From: an uncultured Actinomycetes bacterium
GTDB lineage: Bacteria; Actinomycetota; Actinomycetes; Streptosporangiales; Streptosporangiaceae
DNA: 24,000 bases
Direction of reading: 5' to 3'
Assembly (NCBI GenBank): GCA_963805255.1
Contig: CAWDTK010000011.1
Location: 281,591 to 305,590, forward strand
The translations under genes and the position numbers were made by a program. The notes beneath the pieces are model-generated. The model searched no databases and was not told the DNA's origin. It saw only the letters and a program-made list of their open reading frames with translations. This document shows positions 21,609 through 24,000 of the stretch, one piece after another; position 1 is the first letter of the stretch; each line of letters starts with the position of its first letter.

Positions 21609-23240
21609 TCAGCGCTTCTTAAGGATGAGGTAACGACGGATCAGGGCGTTGGTGGAGGAGTCGTGCCTGAGCTCCGGCTCCTGCTCGCTCTCCAATTCCG
21701 GGACGATCTGCTGGGCCAGCACCTTGCCGAGCTCCACGCCCCACTGGTCGAACGAGTCGATGTCCCAGATCGTCCCCTGCGTGAACACGCTGTGCTCGTA
21801 CAGGGCCACCAGCGCGCCCAGCAGCCGGGGCGTGAGGATCTCGGCCAGCAGCACGTTGGTCGGGCGGTTGCCCTCCATCACCCGGTGCGGCACGACGTGG
21901 TCCGGCGTGCCCTCGGCCCGCACCTCGGCCTCGGTCTTGCCGAACGCCAGCGCCTGCGCCTGCGCGAACACGTTCGACGACAGCTTGTCGTGGTGGTCGC
22001 GCAGCGGGTTCAGCGACTTGCCGAACCCGATCAGGTCGACCGGGATCAGCGTCGTGCCCTGGTGGATGAGCTGGTAGAAGCTGTGCTGCCCGTTGGTGCC
22101 GGGCTCACCCCAGTACACGGCGCCGGTGTCGTAGTCCACGTGCCGCCCGCCCAGCGTGACGTGCTTGCCGTTGGACTCCATCGTGAGCTGCTGCAGGTAG
22201 GCGGGGAACCGCTTCAGGTACTGCTCGTACGGCATCACGCCGACGGTCTGCGCGCCGAAGAAGTCGCGGTACCACACGGCCAGCAGACCCATCAGCACCG
22301 GCAGGTTCCCCGCCAGCGGCGCGGTGCGGAAATGCTCGTCCATCTCGTGGAAGCCCGCGAGCATCTCATCGAAGTGGTCCGGGCCGACCGCCACCATGAC
22401 GGACAGGCCGATCGCGGAGTCCATCGAGTACCGGCCGCCGACCCAGTCCCAGAACTCGAACATGTTCGCGGTGTCGATGCCGAAATCACGGACCCGTTCG
22501 GCGTTGGTGGAGACCGCGACGAAGTGTTTGGCCACCGCGGCCTCGTCGCCGAGTTCGCTCACCACCCAGTCCCGCGCGGAGGTCGCGTTGGTGAGGGTCT
22601 CCAGCGTGCCGAACGTCTTGGAGGAGATGATGAACAGCGTCTCGTCGGCGGCCAGATCCCGGGTGGCCTCCACGAAGTCGGTGGCGTCGACGTTGGAGAC
22701 GAACCGGAACGTCAGGTCGCGCTGGGAGTAGTGGCGCAGGGCCTCGTACGCCATGACCGGCCCGAGGTCGGAACCGCCGATGCCGACGTTGACCACGTTG
22801 CGGATGCGCTTGCCGGTGAAGCCGGTCCACTCCCCCGACCGGATCCGGTCCGCGAACTGCCGCATCCGGCCGAGCACCTCGTGCACCTCGGCGACCACGT
22901 CGGTGCCGTCCACGATCAGCGACTCGCCCGCGGGCATGCGCAGGGCGACGTGCAGCACGGCGCGGTCCTCGGAGACGTTGATGTGCTCCCCGCGGAACAT
23001 CGCGTCGCGGTGCTCCGGCACGCCGGACTCTCCGGCCAGCTCGACCAGCAGCCGCATGGTCTCGTCGGTGACGCGGTTCTTGGAGTAGTCGAGGAAGATC
23101 CCGGCCGCTTCCGCGGTCAGCCGTTCCCCGCGGCCGGGGTCCTCGGCGAAGAGGTCACGCAGCTGCCGCCCCGCGATCTCATCATGGTGGCGCTGCAGTG
23201 CCTGCCACGCCTTCCGCTCCCGCAGCGGGATCGCTGACAT
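21609..23240 (-). CDS. pgi: Glucose-6-phosphate isomerase
   Basis: 543-aa ORF: ...[19 protein letters not shown]......R.AMF.GE.IN.SE.RAVLH.ALR...[14 protein letters not shown]......ISSKTF.T.ET..NA......AVSTN......GGRYS..SAIG......[16 protein letters not shown]. The ATG at 23240 is preceded by gaaggagga. Confidence 0.95.
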   Translation of the reverse strand: MSAIPLRERKAWQALQRHHDEIAGRQLRDLFAEDPGRGERLTAEAAGIFLDYSKNRVTDETMRLLVELAGESGVPEHRDAMFRGEHINVSEDRAVLHVALRMPAGESLIVDGTDVVAEVHEVLGRMRQFADRIRSGEWTGFTGKRIRNVVNVGIGGSDLGPVMAYEALRHYSQRDLTFRFVSNVDATDFVEATRDLAADETLFIISSKTFGTLETLTNATSARDWVVSELGDEAAVAKHFVAVSTNAERVRDFGIDTANMFEFWDWVGGRYSMDSAIGLSVMVAVGPDHFDEMLAGFHEMDEHFRTAPLAGNLPVLMGLLAVWYRDFFGAQTVGVMPYEQYLKRFPAYLQQLTMESNGKHVTLGGRHVDYDTGAVYWGEPGTNGQHSFYQLIHQGTTLIPVDLIGFGKSLNPLRDHHDKLSSNVFAQAQALAFGKTEAEVRAEGTPDHVVPHRVMEGNRPTNVLLAEILTPRLLGALVALYEHSVFTQGTIWDIDSFDQWGVELGKVLAQQIVPELESEQEPELRHDSSTNALIRRYLILKKR

Positions 23241-23349
23241 GTCTCCTCCTTCGTCCGCCCGCCGGTAAGGCCGGCCCTGGACACACTGTGCCTCGACGAG
23301 ATCGTTTCATGCACGGGTGAACGACCGGCCGCGGCCTCCCGGCTTGCCG

Positions 23350-23385
23350 CCAAAAAATCTCCCCGCCGGACGGCCCAGGTGGGGA
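23350..23385 (-). terminator. Candidate intrinsic terminator (GC-rich imperfect hairpin followed by a T6 tract on the minus strand)
   Basis: The minus strand reads ccccacctgggccgtccggcgggg agatttttt gg. The outer 4 bp (cccc/gggg) and inner cc/gg pairs form the stem, and the T6 run corresponds to the plus-strand A-run at 23352-23357. Canonical U-tract terminators are uncommon in DNA of this G+C, so it stands out. Confidence 0.4.
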
Positions 23386-23420
23386 CGAGCCGGGCACGTT
23401 CCTGGCCTGATTTAGCCGAA

Positions 23421-23449
23421 CGGGCCCGGCTGGGAGTCGAACCTCAGCC
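23421..23449 (-). other. tRNA-like 3' fragment (T-arm plus acceptor-like tail), not an intact tRNA
   Basis: The minus strand reads GGCTG(A)GGTTCGACTCCCAGCCGGGCCCG. GGTTCGACTCC is a canonical T-loop core, and the flanks pair as GCTGGG/CCCAGC if one A is bulged. No matching D-arm, anticodon arm or 5' acceptor strand lies at tRNA distance upstream. Confidence 0.3.
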
Positions 23450-23529
23450 CGAGCCGGTGCCGATGCCGGGGGTGGGCCGCGCGGTGCCGGTGTGCGTTGG
23501 CGATTGACCGAGTTTGGCCTTGAGGTCGC

Positions 23530-24000
23530 CGGGCATTTCGCCGGGGGCGGCATGCGCCCGAACTCGCCGGCCAGGGACGGGCTGCGCCGCGGCTCGATGA
23601 TCTCGCCGATCGCCAGATGGTCGATGACGATGCCGGCGGCGAGTGGCCAGTCGCCGGTTTCGGCGGCGTGCCGCACCGCGTCGGTGAGCTGGCCGTTCCG
23701 CTCGTACCACCCGGCCGCGCGCCTATGCAGGGCGGCCCTCCGGTCCGGGTACTCGCGGCTCAGCTTCAGCCGCAGCACCTCGGCGAACAACGGGTGGTAG
23801 CGGTACCACCCGGACCTGGTTGGCTGGACAAACCCGTTCGCGTGCGCCACGGCCGGCAGGATTGCCGCGGCCTGCTCGTTGCCGGTCAGTTCGCTGGCGG
23901 CCTGGGCGCTGACCTGCTCCAGGATGGACGTGCTCAGCAGGATGTCCCGGGCCTCAGGCGGCTGGGTGTTCAGAACCTCCGCCACCAGGTAGCCGGTCAG
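23530..24000 (-). pseudogene. LuxR/MalT-type large ATP-binding (LAL) regulator fragment: 5' part off-window, 3' half (TPR region and LuxR HTH) missing
   Basis: ...LTGYLVAEVLNTQPPEARDILLSTSILEQVSAQAASELTGNEQAAAILPAVAHANGFVQPTRSGWYRYHPLFAEVLRLKLSREYPDRRAALHRRAAGWYERNGQLTDAVRHAAETGDW is the mid-section pattern of MalT/LAL regulators (FL..TS.L....A.L...L......L..LE..N.F.......WYRYH.LF...LR..L......LH.RAA.WY...G....A..HA...GD). Similarity and GC3 bias fade near 23530. The open frame simply drifts on to 23182, overlapping pgi. Confidence 0.6.

Noticed and set aside
19070-23237. 850-aa (19070..21622) and 554-aa (21573..23237) + strand ORFs
   Set aside because: They are antisense shadows of zwf, gnd and pgi, all of which carry diagnostic motifs on the minus strand.
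23421-23531. Possible complete tRNA: GCCCGGC (about 23525-23531, minus strand) could pair with GCCGGGC next to the T-arm-like fragment
   Set aside because: The two would-be acceptor strands are 111 nt apart, too long for any tRNA. The intervening sequence does not fold into D or anticodon arms, so only a 3' fragment is reported.

Overview
Very high-G+C actinobacterial chromosomal segment. Codon third positions are almost all G/C, so many long 'shadow' ORFs appear in the wrong frames.

Real content, left to right:
- a partial esterase (-);
- a DUF4239-like membrane protein translationally coupled (GTGA overlap) to a repeat- and proline-rich tail-anchored protein (+);
- a decayed protocatechuate / beta-ketoadipate (pca) operon on the minus strand. 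Only the CoA-transferase pair pcaIJ is intact. pcaB (two frame disruptions), pcaC, pcaH-pcaG (collapsed to a 76-codon in-frame fusion) and pcaD survive only as remnants;
- gabT (+);
- a spermidine-synthase-like methyltransferase (+);
- a degenerate region with an internal duplication;
- a DUF2510 membrane protein carrying perfect in-frame tandem repeats (+);
- a class-III aminotransferase (-);
- a five-gene stressosome-type partner-switching module, RsbR(PAS-PAS-STAS)-RsbS-RsbT-RsbX-like, wired to a sensor-less hybrid histidine kinase rather than a sigma factor (+);
- a PPOX/F420-family gene (-), which the kinase ORF reads through antisense because the kinase has no stop codon of its own;
- remnants of a GntR(FCD) regulator and an IlvD/Edd-type dehydratase;
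- an intact pgi-gnd-zwf operon (-);
- a tRNA-like 3' fragment plus a terminator;
- a 3'-truncated LuxR/MalT-type (LAL) regulator running off the right edge.

Two themes run across the window. First, there are many deletion and frameshift scars, consistent with reductive gene decay. Second, there are at least six arrays of perfect short tandem repeats (14, 15, 15, 15, 18 and 51 bp), nearly all in frame inside coding sequence.

No rRNA, intact tRNA, CRISPR array, transposase or phage gene was recognised. All family assignments rest on reading the translations by eye; no database search was run.
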